This document shows, piece by piece, positions 23,184-36,000 of a DNA stretch of 64,000 nt. Position 1 is the stretch's first letter. Each line of letters starts with the position of its first letter. The stretch comes from Heteronotia binoei (taxonomy: Eukaryota). A model generated the notes under the pieces. It was not told the DNA's origin and did not search any database. It saw nothing but the letters and a program-made list of their open reading frames with translations. The position numbers were made by a program, and so were the translations under genes. The stretch covers positions 220,906,001-220,970,000 of the forward strand of contig NC_083223.1 of NCBI RefSeq assembly GCF_032191835.1. The letters are read 5' to 3'.

Positions 23184-23611
23184 TGTTAGGCGATGGAGAC
23201 TCAAGGCAGTATTCATTTAAACATTGTATACTTTATTGGAAACTCATAGCTAGAAACAAAAGTTGAGACTATTACCTGGGAATGGGTGTCTCTTAGTCTT
23301 ATGGAATCTACATCAAAGCGATATCTAAACAAAGACACTATTCTCAAAACAAAAGGGAGTGAAGGTGCAAACCTTCACACGAGAGCTTCTGCTTGTCTCT
23401 TTGCCTCTGGGAAGATGCAAACCAGTGGTGGTATCTATTAACGGTCACATTCCTTTGCTCCCTTTACAACCTAAACAAAGTTAACACTTCAAAAGTCTCC
23501 TCTTTGATATGCAAGCTATCTACCATATAGCAAAAGGCTTTGGGTTAGTATGGAGAGTCCATTTGGTTAGTATTTTATAATTTCAGTATGATAGAGTTAC
23601 AGAGCCTGACA
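23184..23611 (-). repeat. Gypsy 5' LTR (428 bp)
   Basis: TGTTAG...TGACA on the plus strand; minus-strand AATAAA at 23233-23238; matches the split LTR at 13117-14953. Confidence 0.96.
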
Positions 23612-25239
23612 ACAGGTAAGTGAAAATAGGCATTGTCACCGGTAAATGTTGACAGCTGGATCAAATGTTTTTCTATGCTTCTGTCTTTTATTATATATCA
23701 TTCTGTATTTTGTTATAAAAGTCTATTTAGAAATAAGGTGATTCTAAAACAAGGATTAACAAAATGTGTGGTTCTGTAGCCTGAATTCACATATATGCTT
23801 TCCAGAGAGCATTGCTCCTGCTGTATATTGTTGCATGCTTGAACTAACTGTTCTGGCTAACCTTTTCCAAACTTTGCTGCTTTATCCATCTCTTCTCCCT
23901 GGCACACTTGTCTGATGCACAGCTAGAAGCTTAAGTAATTGTGCATGCAATGTTAATCACAAAAGGGGCCAAAATCTGGTGGCAGAAAGTGGTCAAGTCA
24001 CAGCTAGTTTACAGCAACCCCAGAGGTAGTTTGCCATTGCCTACCTCTTTATTGTGACTCTGGACTTCCTTGGAGGTTTCCTATCCAAGTACTAGCCAAG
24101 CCCAATCCTATTTAGCTTTAATGAGATGGGGTAGCCAAAATCTACCAGGCTGTAAATTTTGATGCTCCTCTTTCCTCAACATGGAAAAGGGTGTTAGAAC
24201 AGGAACTCCTACAGTCAGACAGTAGACACTGAGTCAGAAGAGAGGCAAATCTGGGGGTGGGCAGGGATGTGTAGACAATCTCAAATGAAACTCTTTGAAA
24301 GGTCTGGATAAGTGTAACACTGATAAAGTTCTATATTTAGTGAATGCTGCACCAGTGCAAGGGGTTAGACTAGCTGATCCCTGATAACTCTTGCCAGGCC
24401 TGATCCGGTGAATATGTAGGCAAAAGCAAATTTAAATTGTTGCATTTCACTTGCAAAAAAATTCACTTCTTTTGAGCACAAGAAAGAAATGAAATCAGTA
24501 AATACATACTGCAGATGTTTGCAGATGTCACAAAATTTCCATTTCCTCACTGTCCTGCAGATTTTTTTGTCTCTCAGATGTGCAGATAATCCTTCCTATC
24601 CCTTGCAGAAGAGAAGTAAGAGGGCATTTGGAATCTTGATGCAGCTCTTCAGGAACTGGAACAGAATTTTTAAAACTTGCTATTTAATCTGAATGTCTCC
24701 TGTAAGTGCCTTTGGGAAGGAAGTCATGCACATACAAAGCTTACGAATGGTAGCAGTGCAAGCATTCCTATGTTTCTAGCCTGCATGCCTAAACCAAGGA
24801 TGTCGAACTCCTTCGCTATGAGGGATGGATCTGACATAAATGAGACCTTGTTGGGCCAGGCCATGTAAGCCATAAAATGTAATGCCATGTAGCACAGATA
24901 TAAACTTTATAAAGGGCACAAACACAATTAAAGATTTTTTAAAACTTAAAATAAAACATGTTTAAAAGATAAGCACCCTTGCAATATTTTGTTTATTTAA
25001 CAGTATCTGACAACTGATACCTCTTGTTCTGAATTATTGCATCAAAAAACAGAAACAATGTCTATGCTGTAGCAATTTTAAGTATGCTGTTCTGGTGCTG
25101 TTCAGATATGTATCTGTAAGTTGCAAACATACATTTGATTTATGGACATGCATTACAGAAATCTCATGATCAATGCTTTGAGCCCAAGACCCAGAGGAAA
25201 ACATGGAATGGCTGAGCATTGCGAGCTTTTGTACATAAG

Positions 25240-25440
25240 TTTAGTTTAGTTTATTTACGATTTATATCCCGCCCTTCCCACCGAAGTGGCTCAGGACGGC
25301 TTACAGCATATAAAATCTAACATAAAAATATTAAATTTAAACATTTTACACAGTTAAAACATTAAAAAAGCATAACAGCAGTCTCATAAAACTACACTCA
25401 GTTTTCAATGCCGGTTAGTTATAAGCCACCCGGAAGAGGG
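25240..25440 (-). mobile_element. L2 3'-tail fragment
   Basis: tttatatcccgcccttccc...ggctcaggacggcttaca tail shared with the L2 copies. Confidence 0.65.
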
Positions 25441-26348
25441 CTATCTCTGGTTGCCATGGTTGTGAATTTAAAACTGCAATGCAGCTGCATGTATATGTGT
25501 GTACGTACACACACACACCCTTCACTGTCTAGCCTTGCCAACCCCCAGGTCTGGGTAGGGGATCCCCCAGTTTTGCAGGCTCCTCTTGGCCACCAGTCAG
25601 CTAGCGGGGGGAAGCCCTGCCCCAAAAGCCATGATGTGCCTTTAAATCTTCGTAGGTTTAGAACTGCGTTTTGGGATGTGTGTGTGCTTTTAAATCTGTA
25701 GGATGAAACCTGCAGGGAGGGGCAGGGTGAGCAGGCAGTGTCAAATGGCTCTTCAAAGAGAATGTGTAAAGCCTGTGAGAAAGGAAGTGAGCACAGTCCC
25801 TCTGTTTGTTTTGCATTCATTTCAGAAGTCATTTGTATAGTAAAATGGATAGTAAATAGTTAACTAGAACCTGATTATGTGATGAAGGAAAACTCCACCC
25901 CCTTGACTGCCCTCTTCCTTACTTTCATTTTCCTATGTTAGTCTTAAAAAGCTGGTTGAAATACAGCAGATTGTTGCTTTCAGCAATTCATGTAAGTAAA
26001 ATGATTTATACCATTGCCCTAGTGAGATCACAAAAGCGTAAGCTTGCAAACCATTGGTGCTTATTTTGGCCACTTTGTGAGTGTGTGTCCCTTAATAAAG
26101 TTATGCTTGGAAATGCTACCAAAGCCTGGTAAGGGACTTGTGGGGGTATTACACATTTCACTTTAATTTAGTGGAAGTGCAGCTGCTGGGGACCCATTTA
26201 TGGACAAAAAACAAAATTCAAAGCAAGTCAGGCACTCAGAGAAAACTGATACAAAACATTTTTTCGCTGGTACATTATGCCAAAAGACACTGAGAAGATG
26301 GATAAAAATTACACAGGATTATGTTGGAAGTGTAACTAGATAGATGGT

Positions 26349-26455
26349 AAAAAGGTAAAGGCAGTCCCTTGTGCAAGCACCAGTCGTTTCCAACTCTGGG
26401 GTGACATTGCTTTCACAATGTTTTCACTGCAGACTTTTTACGGGGTGGTTTGCCA
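26349..26455 (-). mobile_element. Sauria SINE 3' fragment
   Basis: aaaggtaaaggcagtcccttgtgcaagcaccagtcgtttcc tail matches 48441-48705 in reverse. Confidence 0.85.
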
Positions 26456-26924
26456 TAAGTTGTTTTTTGTGCTGGTCAAGAACATGTGAAGGCATCATGA
26501 CACAACTGAGAGTTATGTGTTTGCATACAAAGCTATAGTCTTCCCCAGAGAGGTAACTACATCTCGTATGAGACAGTGCAAGAACAGAGAGACAGTGATG
26601 TATAGTGGTCAGTATCAGCCTGCTATCTGGGAAGTCTACATTCAAAATCCCCAGTCTACAAAGGAAACGTGCTGGGTAAACTTGGTCCAGACACACACAC
26701 AGCCTAATTCACCTCACTGACTTCTTGTTATTCCTCATCTAAAATGTTCATATTGCTTTCCTACAGAGAAAGACTTGCTCATGAGGGCATGAGTACAGTG
26801 AAAAAGAGGAGGGGAACCCAGTTGCACCCAGGAGAGCCCTGGCATAACAAGCCCAACAAAGCTCTCTTTCTCTTGGCAAAAAGCTCATACCTTAAATAAA
26901 AGTTGGGCTTAAAGGTGCTTTACC

Positions 26925-27103
26925 CAGGGCCAGATCTAGGGGGGGCAGAGGGGAGTGCTTGTCCCGGGCGCCAATGGAGGGGGGTCGTCAAATTGGGTAT
27001 GGAGTCCATTGTATTCTATGGGTCCATAAGATAGAATGGCCCAAAAGGGGGCATCATTATTTAATTCCCCCCCCCCCTCAAAAAACATATAGATCCGGTC
27101 CTG
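26925..27103. mobile_element. hAT-type MITE
   Basis: TIRs cagggccagatcta / tagatccggtcctg; perfect 8-bp TSD gctttacc (26917-26924, 27104-27111). Confidence 0.88.
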
Positions 27104-27245
27104 GCTTTACCTCTCCTGAGCGGTTGAGGGAATTAGGCAAAGCAAGATCTCACTCTTTCCCTCCTTCCCCAGGAAATGAGGAGGGGTAGAAGCCTCAGCT
27201 AATAAAGAGAGGCTTGGCTCAGTAGCTCTGCTGTGCAACTGAGTG

Positions 27246-27875
27246 AGCAAGAAAATAAAGCACAAAGCTTCCATGATTACCAGCCTCAGACACTAAAGAA
27301 ACAATAATAGTATCAAAAGCTTAGTGTATTCTATGTAACATAAAGCACAGACACAACTCAATAATTTAGGAAACAGAACATCCCAAAGTAGCCATCAGAA
27401 ATCAAGTCCAATTTTTAAAGCAGTCCAATGCTGTTTTCTTGATGAAAGGTCTGATGTAGCCCTGGAGAAGAATGATGAGTGATGTCCACGTAGATTCAAA
27501 TTTTAAGGCAGCCAGCAGTCCAAGTATTGCAACAAGGATGTACTATTGCCTTGTTTCACAATTGCTTCTTCAAGCATCAAGTAATCAATTTCAGATACAA
27601 GGGTATGAACGCCAAGAAATTCAAAGTCTCCAAACTTCAAGTCACTGTGAGCAACTTAGGGCTATATCACACCTTTCATCAAGGAAACAGCATTGGACTG
27701 CTTTAAAAATTGGACTTGATTTCTGATGGCTACTTTGGGATCTTCTGTTTCCTAAATTATTGAGTTGTGTCTGCGTGTTATGTTACATAGAATACACTAA
27801 GCTTTTGATAATATTGTTATTTCTTTAGTGTCTGAGGCTGGTAATCATGGAAGCTTTGCACTTTATTTTCTTGCT
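27246..27875. repeat. Long inverted repeat: 218-bp arms with a 194-bp spacer
   Basis: 27246-27463 is the reverse complement of 27658-27875 with few mismatches. Confidence 0.92.
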
Positions 27876-29319
27876 ACCTACCACCGTGGTTCTCTTGTCA
27901 TTCAACTGAGTGAGCCTGGCAAAGCAAGCTGTAACACAGAAGAAAGCAAGAGAGAGGGAGAAGGAAGCAGACAACAGGCCACATACAAGCCTTGTCAGGG
28001 CTGGATCCAGCCTGTGGGCTGCGCATTTGACTTAGGGGGTAACAAAAGAGGAATCCATCATACCAATGGTAGCATTAGTCCTTATGGAGCTGCACTGTAA
28101 AAAAACCTATATTCAAACTGACTAAATTCAAGCAAGAAAGTTAACTGTAGACAGAATCCTTGCCATATAGAAAAACCTGTTTTGCTAGCCAATATACACC
28201 TAGCCTATGAGCCTAATATCCAAAGTCTAATAGATACTCTGGCAAGAAAAGCTTTGATCAGTTTTAGACAACCCTGTTTCTCTTCAGTATAGTCGTATCT
28301 ATGAATTCTTGCTGGAGAAGCTGCATAATTCATTCTTGTCAGCTTGTTTCCCTTGTCACAGAGTTTCTATCTTTAAGTATTGCCAGTATAGGAAATTAGT
28401 TTTGTATCCTAAATAATCAGTGGAAATCTCTAAAACTGGCCCAACAGTACAGTTATTTAAAAGTTTGCTTGAGTTATGGAACACTTCAAAGAATAGGGTC
28501 AACTCAAGCCCATTGAATTTCCATGCAAAATTAGAACTATTTAATCAAAAGATATTAAGTATAACATTTTCCTATTGTTTGTGAATTCCAGGGAAGGGGT
28601 ATTCACCCAGTCCTTGATGGGTCTTGCTTAAGATTGTGAAACAGCAGCTGGCAACTGATGGGAGTCTAGAGGGATGGGAACACGGGAGGGGGGGCATCAG
28701 ATGGCAGCATTACATCACTTTTGGGGGAAACCTGATACTGACATCACTTTGGGTTTTTGCCAGAAGTGATGTAATGCTGCCATGCCAATAACATTTCCCC
28801 TGCTAGCTGCTGGAGTGCCAACAGGATCTGGGGGTGGGAGATTTCTCTTCCCCAGCAGGTAAATCGCAAGGCTTGTCCTGCTCTTAGGTAGCATATGGCA
28901 GGAACAAGTAGGTTTACAGAACCCCATTTCAGAGAATAAAGACTTGGGCTCTGATCCTAAGAACACTTTCCTGGGAGTAAGCTCCACTGCATAACATGGG
29001 ATTTACTTCCAAGAAGACCTGCTTAGGATTGTTCCCATGACCACTTAATTGCAAGGCAGGAAGATTCTCACAGCCTCCTTTAGACAAGCACTTTTTTTTT
29101 TTTTCATAAAAGCAAATTACAGGAAGCTTAACCCAATAGGATTGAATACACACACACACACACACACACACAGAGTAGTCCTAACCATGGCCTGAAGAAC
29201 CTGGCTAGCTTTAGGATTATTCTGCCTGTCTTTTAACTTAACCATCATACAGAGTATGCTTTTAGACCGAGAGAGAGAGAGGATGCTCATTTTATTTTCC
29301 TTTGCTCAGTAGTTAGGGA

Positions 29320-30038
29320 TTATTTATTTATTTATTATTTGCATTTATACCCCGCCCTCCCCAGTTGGGAGTAAAAACAACAAGTAAAACAACAATGTTG
29401 AATTATTACAATAAAATTATTACAAAATTATTACAATAAAGCATTATTAAAAATATATGACAATATAAATTAAGATATAATTTGTGGTTCCAAGATGGTG
29501 TTAATAGCGCTAGTCGTTAAAATTCTTGATGTTTGAAGCACTTTATTTATCTGTCTGGTTCGGAAGAAAAGTTTTTGCTGTGGGATGATGGATACTAATC
29601 ACCACTGTCAGATGTTAAAATGCTTCTGGTTAGACATGAAAAGCCTGTCTAAACAGGTATGTCTTATAGGCCCTGCAGAATTGCGGCAAGTCCTGCAGAG
29701 CCCTGACCTCTTCAGGGAGGGCATTCCAGAGGGCAGGAGCAGCCACTGTGAAGGCTCTTGCCCTTGTGGTGGACCGGCGAGCATCCTTTGGCCCAGGGAT
29801 CTTTAAAAGATTTTGGGAACTTGATCGTAGTGCTCTCTGGGGCTCATGTGGGGAAAGGCAGTCCCGGAGGTAGACAGGTCCCAGGCCATAAAGGGCTTTG
29901 AAGGTCATGACCAGCAACTTGAATTGGACTTGGAACGCCACAGGCAACCAGAGCAGCATCTCCCGCACAGGTTGGATGTGCACTCATAAAGGTAGCTCCA
30001 GTATCAACCTTGCTGCAGCATTCTGCACCAGTTGCAGG
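29320..30038 (-). mobile_element. L2 LINE 3' fragment
   Basis: ORF 29630-29983 (LLWLPV...AAPALWNALP) and L2 tail at about 29320. Confidence 0.85.
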
Positions 30039-30838
30039 AGTTATTGCTCAACTGTTCATTTATATGCTTTTTGTAACTTATTACTGCAATACAAATAAAG
30101 TTAAATTCTTCCTTTTATGAAACAGGTGTTATGGTGGTCTGTTTGCACCCACATGAAACTTAATTGAATACAAAGAAAATGTAAGGAGATGCCTGTGTGG
30201 ATCTGAATTACTCTAATAAGCAAGATTTCCAAGACTTCTGCATCCATGGTGATTTGGAGTAGGAAGGTAGTTCTTAATGTGAAGCTTTTTTTTTTTTTTA
30301 AGAGAGAGACAAAAATAGACTGTCTGATCCAGATAATTAACCATCTCTGTAATTCATACCTAGTGGAAGCAGTGAAAAAGGAATTGCATGTGTAGGGAGG
30401 GGTGGAATAAAACTAGAGAGATGACCTCATCAGATTTACATATATAAATATCATTCATCTTTATGCTGCTACAAAACTCCTGTTTATCCTTGCTGCCACA
30501 CACCTGCTCTTCTGGAATTCAGTAGCCTAGTGGCAGTGGTATTCTATATAAAGTCTGATAAGCTCAGATGCCTCATTTGTTCCTGGTGCATTTACAGAAT
30601 TAAAACTTGTCCTTTTAAGTCTGATGGAATGTGTCACGCAACCTGAACATTAAGGCTGCCTATCCATGGCAATCAAGCTCCAAGCCAACTGGGATCAGGT
30701 CAGAGCAACAGGCTAAAGTCCAAATTCTATACAATTCTCAACACCAAGTAGATACATTTATTTACAATATCTGTGTGCTACCTTTCTGCCCACTGAGGGT
30801 CACTGAGGCAGATAACTCAAACATTATAAAAACTTGAC

Positions 30839-31125
30839 AGAGAGCCAGTTTGGTGTAGTGGTTAAGTGTGCGGACTCTTATCTGGGAGAACCAGGTTTGA
30901 TTCCCCACTCCTCCACTTGCACCTGCTAGCATGGCCTTGGGTCAGCCATAGCTCTAGCAGAGGTTGTCCTTGAAAGGGCAGCTGCTGTGAGAGCCCTCTC
31001 CAGCCCCACCCACCTCACAGGGTGTCTGCTGTGGGGGAGGAAGGTAAAGGAGATTGTGAGCCGCTCTGAGACTCTTCGGAGTGGAGGGTGGGATATAAAT
31101 CCAATATCATCATCTTCTTTTTCTT
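30839..31125 (+). mobile_element. tRNA-derived SINE with L2-like tail
   Basis: Pol III A box tggtgtagtgg, B box ggtttgattcc, and tail gagccgctctgag...gggatataaat. Confidence 0.8.
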
Positions 31126-32815
31126 CTATTAAAGCAATCAATAAAACTAAGCTAAAATACTTACCTAAAGTACATCAAACAGTAAATGAAACATGCCGCA
31201 GGAAAGAAGGATCACTGAGGGAACTCCAGATGAAACAAGAAAGGTCTTTGCCTTCTGACAGAACAGAGTGACAGAGAAAAACAGGTGAATATCCCTGGGG
31301 AGAAACAAATATAACTGGGGAGAGGGGGGAAAGGCCCTTTCTTTGGTTGTCGCCCACCTAATCTCAGAAGGCAGGGACACATGAAGCAGGGCTTTGGAAA
31401 CTCAATGGCCAGGTATGTTCATATGGGAGCAGATGATCCTTCAGGTATGCTGGCCATACAGCTATTCAACAGGAAAAGGGTAGTATATACATTTGTGACA
31501 CATCCTAGTGACTGACATTATTTGAATAAACAGATTAATCCCATGGTTTTATGTGCTTCCACTGGCAACAACCATATGTAACTATATACAGTGATATGCA
31601 GGTGAAAGTTATTTAATGATAATAGCTCATGTATTTTATGACCTAATTTCAATAAAGCTAAATATTTGAACCCCTTATAGAAAAATAGCTACCCCTGTGA
31701 TTATTTTAAAGCTATTCCTGTACAGCTTTATATGGTCACAATGCAGCATAAGAGCCACAAAGCAATTAACTTAGAAAGGAAAGCTAAAGATTTGAAATAG
31801 TAGCAATAAGGAAATAATTGGGACAGTTTGTGAAGCTATTCTCAATTTTGAAGTAAGTGATACATTGGGGAAAATATTTTTCTCATGATTGAAAGTCTAT
31901 AGAAATGAGGAAAAGAGCCACCTTGAAGAGTGAAAAAGCTGAAGCAAAATATTTGCCTAAGTATCCTTCAATCCGTAAAGGATCCACAATGACACTACTA
32001 TTGAGAGAGAATTCCTTATTTAAAGTAGAATGCATGAAGGGTTGCTTAATACATTATTCCAGTTCAGAGCATATGTAAACGAACAGCCCACTACTCATGC
32101 TGGCAACGTGGGAGGCATTGCCACAATTATTATCCACACATAACAGCTATGAATCCAGGGCCTTGGACTGTTGTTTTTTTTTAAATGTACACAAATAAAA
32201 ATGACAAGAATGCTCTAGAATAACAAAGAAAGTTCTATTAATTACTAGTAATTAGGCTTGCCAGATGCCACTCTGTGGAAGTCCCTGGGCCAGAGATTAC
32301 TGTTAGGGTCTAGAAGAGCACCATCTGGCAATGTTGCCAGTAATAGCTGTATGTGGGGGCTAGCTTTTCCAGAACAATCAAGATCTTATGTGCACACACT
32401 TGCAAAGCCTGCGAGCATATTGGTAGCCACACTGATGAACAGTTGCAAGTTCTCTTCTCTGTTACTTCCCGTGACATACTAAAATTAATCTTGGAGGTTT
32501 AGCTGACCTAATGAAAGAGCTGAAGAAGTGGCTGAGGCCTGGGTCAAGCTTTATTTTATTTTATTTGAAATGTTTTTATGCTGCCTTTCAGGGTCTCTAA
32601 GGTAAGATTTGTTTATTTAAATCATTTTTAACCTGATGCTAGCTGAGGTAGAAGTTCTTTCCTGTGGGACTTCGAACTCGCACATCCCCTTGTTTAAACT
32701 GGGAAGTGTGCACTTGTCATGAGTCTTCCTTGAACATGCTCTGAGTGGAAAACCCAATGGGAAAGTGTTGCCATGTCATGTTTAAATCTGGACTCAGCCT
32801 CTCTAAGGTGAGAGC

Positions 32816-33015
32816 TAGGGCTGCCAACCTCCAGGTGGCACCTGGAAATCTGCTATTACAATTGATCTCCAGATGACCAAGATCAGTTCCCCTGGAGAAG
32901 ATGGCTGCTTTGGAGGGTGGACTTTATGGCGTTACGCCCTGCTGAGGTCCCTACCATCACCAAGCTCCATGCCTCAAATCCCCAGATATTTCCCAACCTG
33001 GAGGGGTAATCCTAG
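32816..33015. mobile_element. hAT-type MITE (tagggttgccaacc family)
   Basis: TAGGG...CCTAG ends; flanks gtgagagc / ctgagagc (7/8). Related fragments near 59430 and 61105-61300. Confidence 0.65.
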
Positions 33016-36000
33016 CTGAGAGCTGAACTCTAGGATAAAGTTATACCCTTCATAGATAAATACCAACTGCACCTCAGCTTTCCCCTCTCATAGCAGACCA
33101 TCAACATCAAATCTCTGCAGCTGTGGAAAAACCAAGAAGAGTCCTTCTACTGTCCTTACTGAGGTAAGGCAATCATGACCCTTAAATTGTCCCTTCCCAC
33201 TTCCTACAAGACTTGTGCATGAAGCATGACTGAAAATTTCCTAGTTTGGAAAGATTTTGGTCTAACTTCAAGAAGTTGTACATCCAAAAACAGATAGTTT
33301 GGTAAACAGGAGTTTATTTCCCCAGAAATTCTAATTCTAATTTAATCCCAGTTCAGAATCCAAGAAAAAAACCCCTCCACTGTGCCTGCTGGGACACATC
33401 CATTTGCCTTGGCAAATTGGAACCTGACTAAAATCTTCTCAAAGCAGGAAGTTTTTGGTCATGCTCTATGTGTGAGGGGAGGGAGAGAAAGAGTTCATGT
33501 GAGCATGCCCACTGAGGATTTCAGAATACAACCCGGGATTAGTTATTACAGTAGCAACCTGGACATCCACACTCTATCATAGTTAATACTGATTTGCCAA
33601 AATGTGGCTCAGTGCTTCATTTCCTAGGAACAAATTGGTGTCACCCTGATGTAGATAATTCCCAGACTAGTTGGCAAAACAATAGTGTCAGACATACAGG
33701 ACATGTTTTTATAAACTGTGTGGCTGTTGGTTCCCTTTCTGCAGACATCTGTTGTATTGTCCCCTTGAGAAGTACTACACAAATCCTGCCTATCCAGAAA
33801 TACAGATGGGGCACATAACAAATGGACATTCTTTCCCGCTGTTATCAGCAGTATCATTAGGCAATCCTGGTTTTGCATTTAATGATGTTCCGTAATACTG
33901 CGCCTTGTGCACTGCCATATTCCCTCTGCTGCCCTTTTGTCACACTTCAGCATTGATACATATACCAATTATATCCAGCTAAAGAGATTTGCCCACGTCA
34001 GCAGGCATCTGTGCATGTACTGCTTGCTAGATCCAGAAACAGATGTAAATCTGATGTGCATCTAAGTGTGCTTCAGCATGCCCCTCTTGAGTACTAATGT
34101 CATCTGTTGTGCACAGAAATTTTTTCAGGGATACTCATTTTTGTGAATGTTTGAAAGCACATCCCCATCAGCAATCTAGTCTAGCACAACTAGTTGAGCA
34201 TAAATACCTTTTGATAGGCCAGCTAGTATTGCATTGAGAGTAGTGATCACTTCCTACAGATATGTAAGTGAAGGTTTCTTTGATCCCATTCCAACTGTCG
34301 GCCAGCTGAGATCAACCAAAGCAAGGTGACTATCAACCAGACACAGCGTTCTTCCAGTAGCAACTCTCAGTTAATAGACTATCCTCCACCATAAACATAC
34401 AGAAAAATCTGGCACCTGGTTAGTAATCGCTCATGTGCCACATGAAGACATTTCCCCCTAAGCTTTTTAATTTTTAGTGTTTGATGATCTATAGAAGTTG
34501 TTTGTAAATACTTATAATAATTAGTCTACCCCATCAAATCTTGCAATAACACTGCATTAGTTTCAGTACTGATAACTAGTCCTGAACAGAGCTACTCCCC
34601 TCTGAGTTTATTGAAGTAAATGGACTTAGAATAATGTAACTCGGCTAAAGATTGCACTAGCGTTGGCTCTGTTGATTGTGATTTTAAAGGATTTTTTTAT
34701 TTGCCCCTCATATTCTGATTGTTATTCCTTTGAGACATATTTTTGTTGCTTTTCAGCCTGTGTGAGTTTACAGATTTGTTTCCTTGTTTTTTATGCATTT
34801 TACTATGTTTTTTATAACACCTGCCAATGGACAGCTGTATGGAGAGGCACCAGATGAACTGTCTACATAAAGGAAATACGTAAATAATATCTCTTTGGTT
34901 AAAACCTGAACTTACTGTTTTCACACAAGTATTTTCTTCAAGTCTACCTATTAATCTAATGGAACATTTTCAGCCAGATGTCACTATGCATATATTTCTA
35001 TATATACATACATACACCCACAATTTATTTGCATCATTCTGCACAATCCAGGCAAACTTCCATTTTTCTGCCAAGGGCAATATGCCCCTTTCAGCTCTGA
35101 GTTTCTTGTAAAATAATGTGCTTATGCCTTAAGTACTGTGTGAACGTCTAAAATGGTTGTTTTATCCTTAATATGAATTGTGTACAGAATCAAGGAGGGA
35201 TAAAAAATTATGTTAGATAAGAAATTCCTCATGTAGAGACTACAGGGACAAAACAACAAATGAATTCCCATCTAAAAGAGCTCATATGGAAATTATATAG
35301 AAAGCAACAAATTAGGATTCCCATCTAAAAGAAGTTTTGCACTTTAGGAATAACCTAGAGATCTCTTAATTAATTCCTTACCTTTCACTCTGAAACTTGA
35401 TTGGACTTTTGTTCTAATCCTTTCACTTTCACTGATGGTTTATGAACCATGTTATTTAGCAATGGAATTTAGGTGAACTTTCCATAAATTGAGTTCCTAG
35501 ATTAAAAATAAATGCTTTGCAAGAAGATCTGCTACAATCTTATTTGTTACAAAAATTAGTAGTTACTTCAATGCTCACAATGTCAAATAAACCCTCCTAA
35601 ACCTAAACTGCTAGACAAGTATTGCAATAACTCAGCTCCTTAGCCTGCAATCCATACATGGAACAGAATTTCCATAAATAATAATTTAAATCTTCTGATC
35701 AGCCTCAAAATACAAACATAAATCCACTTGAAAATGTATTCCCTTTCCTAAAGTGTTAGGGAGAAAGCATTTGGATTTCAGAGTCACAAGGGAAAAAAAA
35801 AGCTTTATGCTTAGACATTAAAGTGGCAGGCCTGTTTCTTTGGGGCAGACCTGAGATTAATGTTGTATAAAATTTGGGGTGGGAGGGTGGAATAGGTGCA
35901 AGGCTGAGGATAGCTGAACCATTCTCTACATATTTTTTTCTCTTGATGCTTTAAAGTTTTCTGATATGCTCTTGTTTTCATGTTTTGTACTACCTTTAGG

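Larger units (their letters stand above)
13117..23611 (-). mobile_element. Ty3/Gypsy LTR retrotransposon, chromovirus (Tf1/sushi group), full-length with two nested insertions
   Basis: TG...CA LTRs at both ends; 5-bp TSD acagg (13112-13116, 23612-23616). Order gag(CCHC)-PR(DSG)-RT(YLDD)-RH-IN(GPF)-chromodomain. Polypurine tract next to the 3' LTR. Confidence 0.97.
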
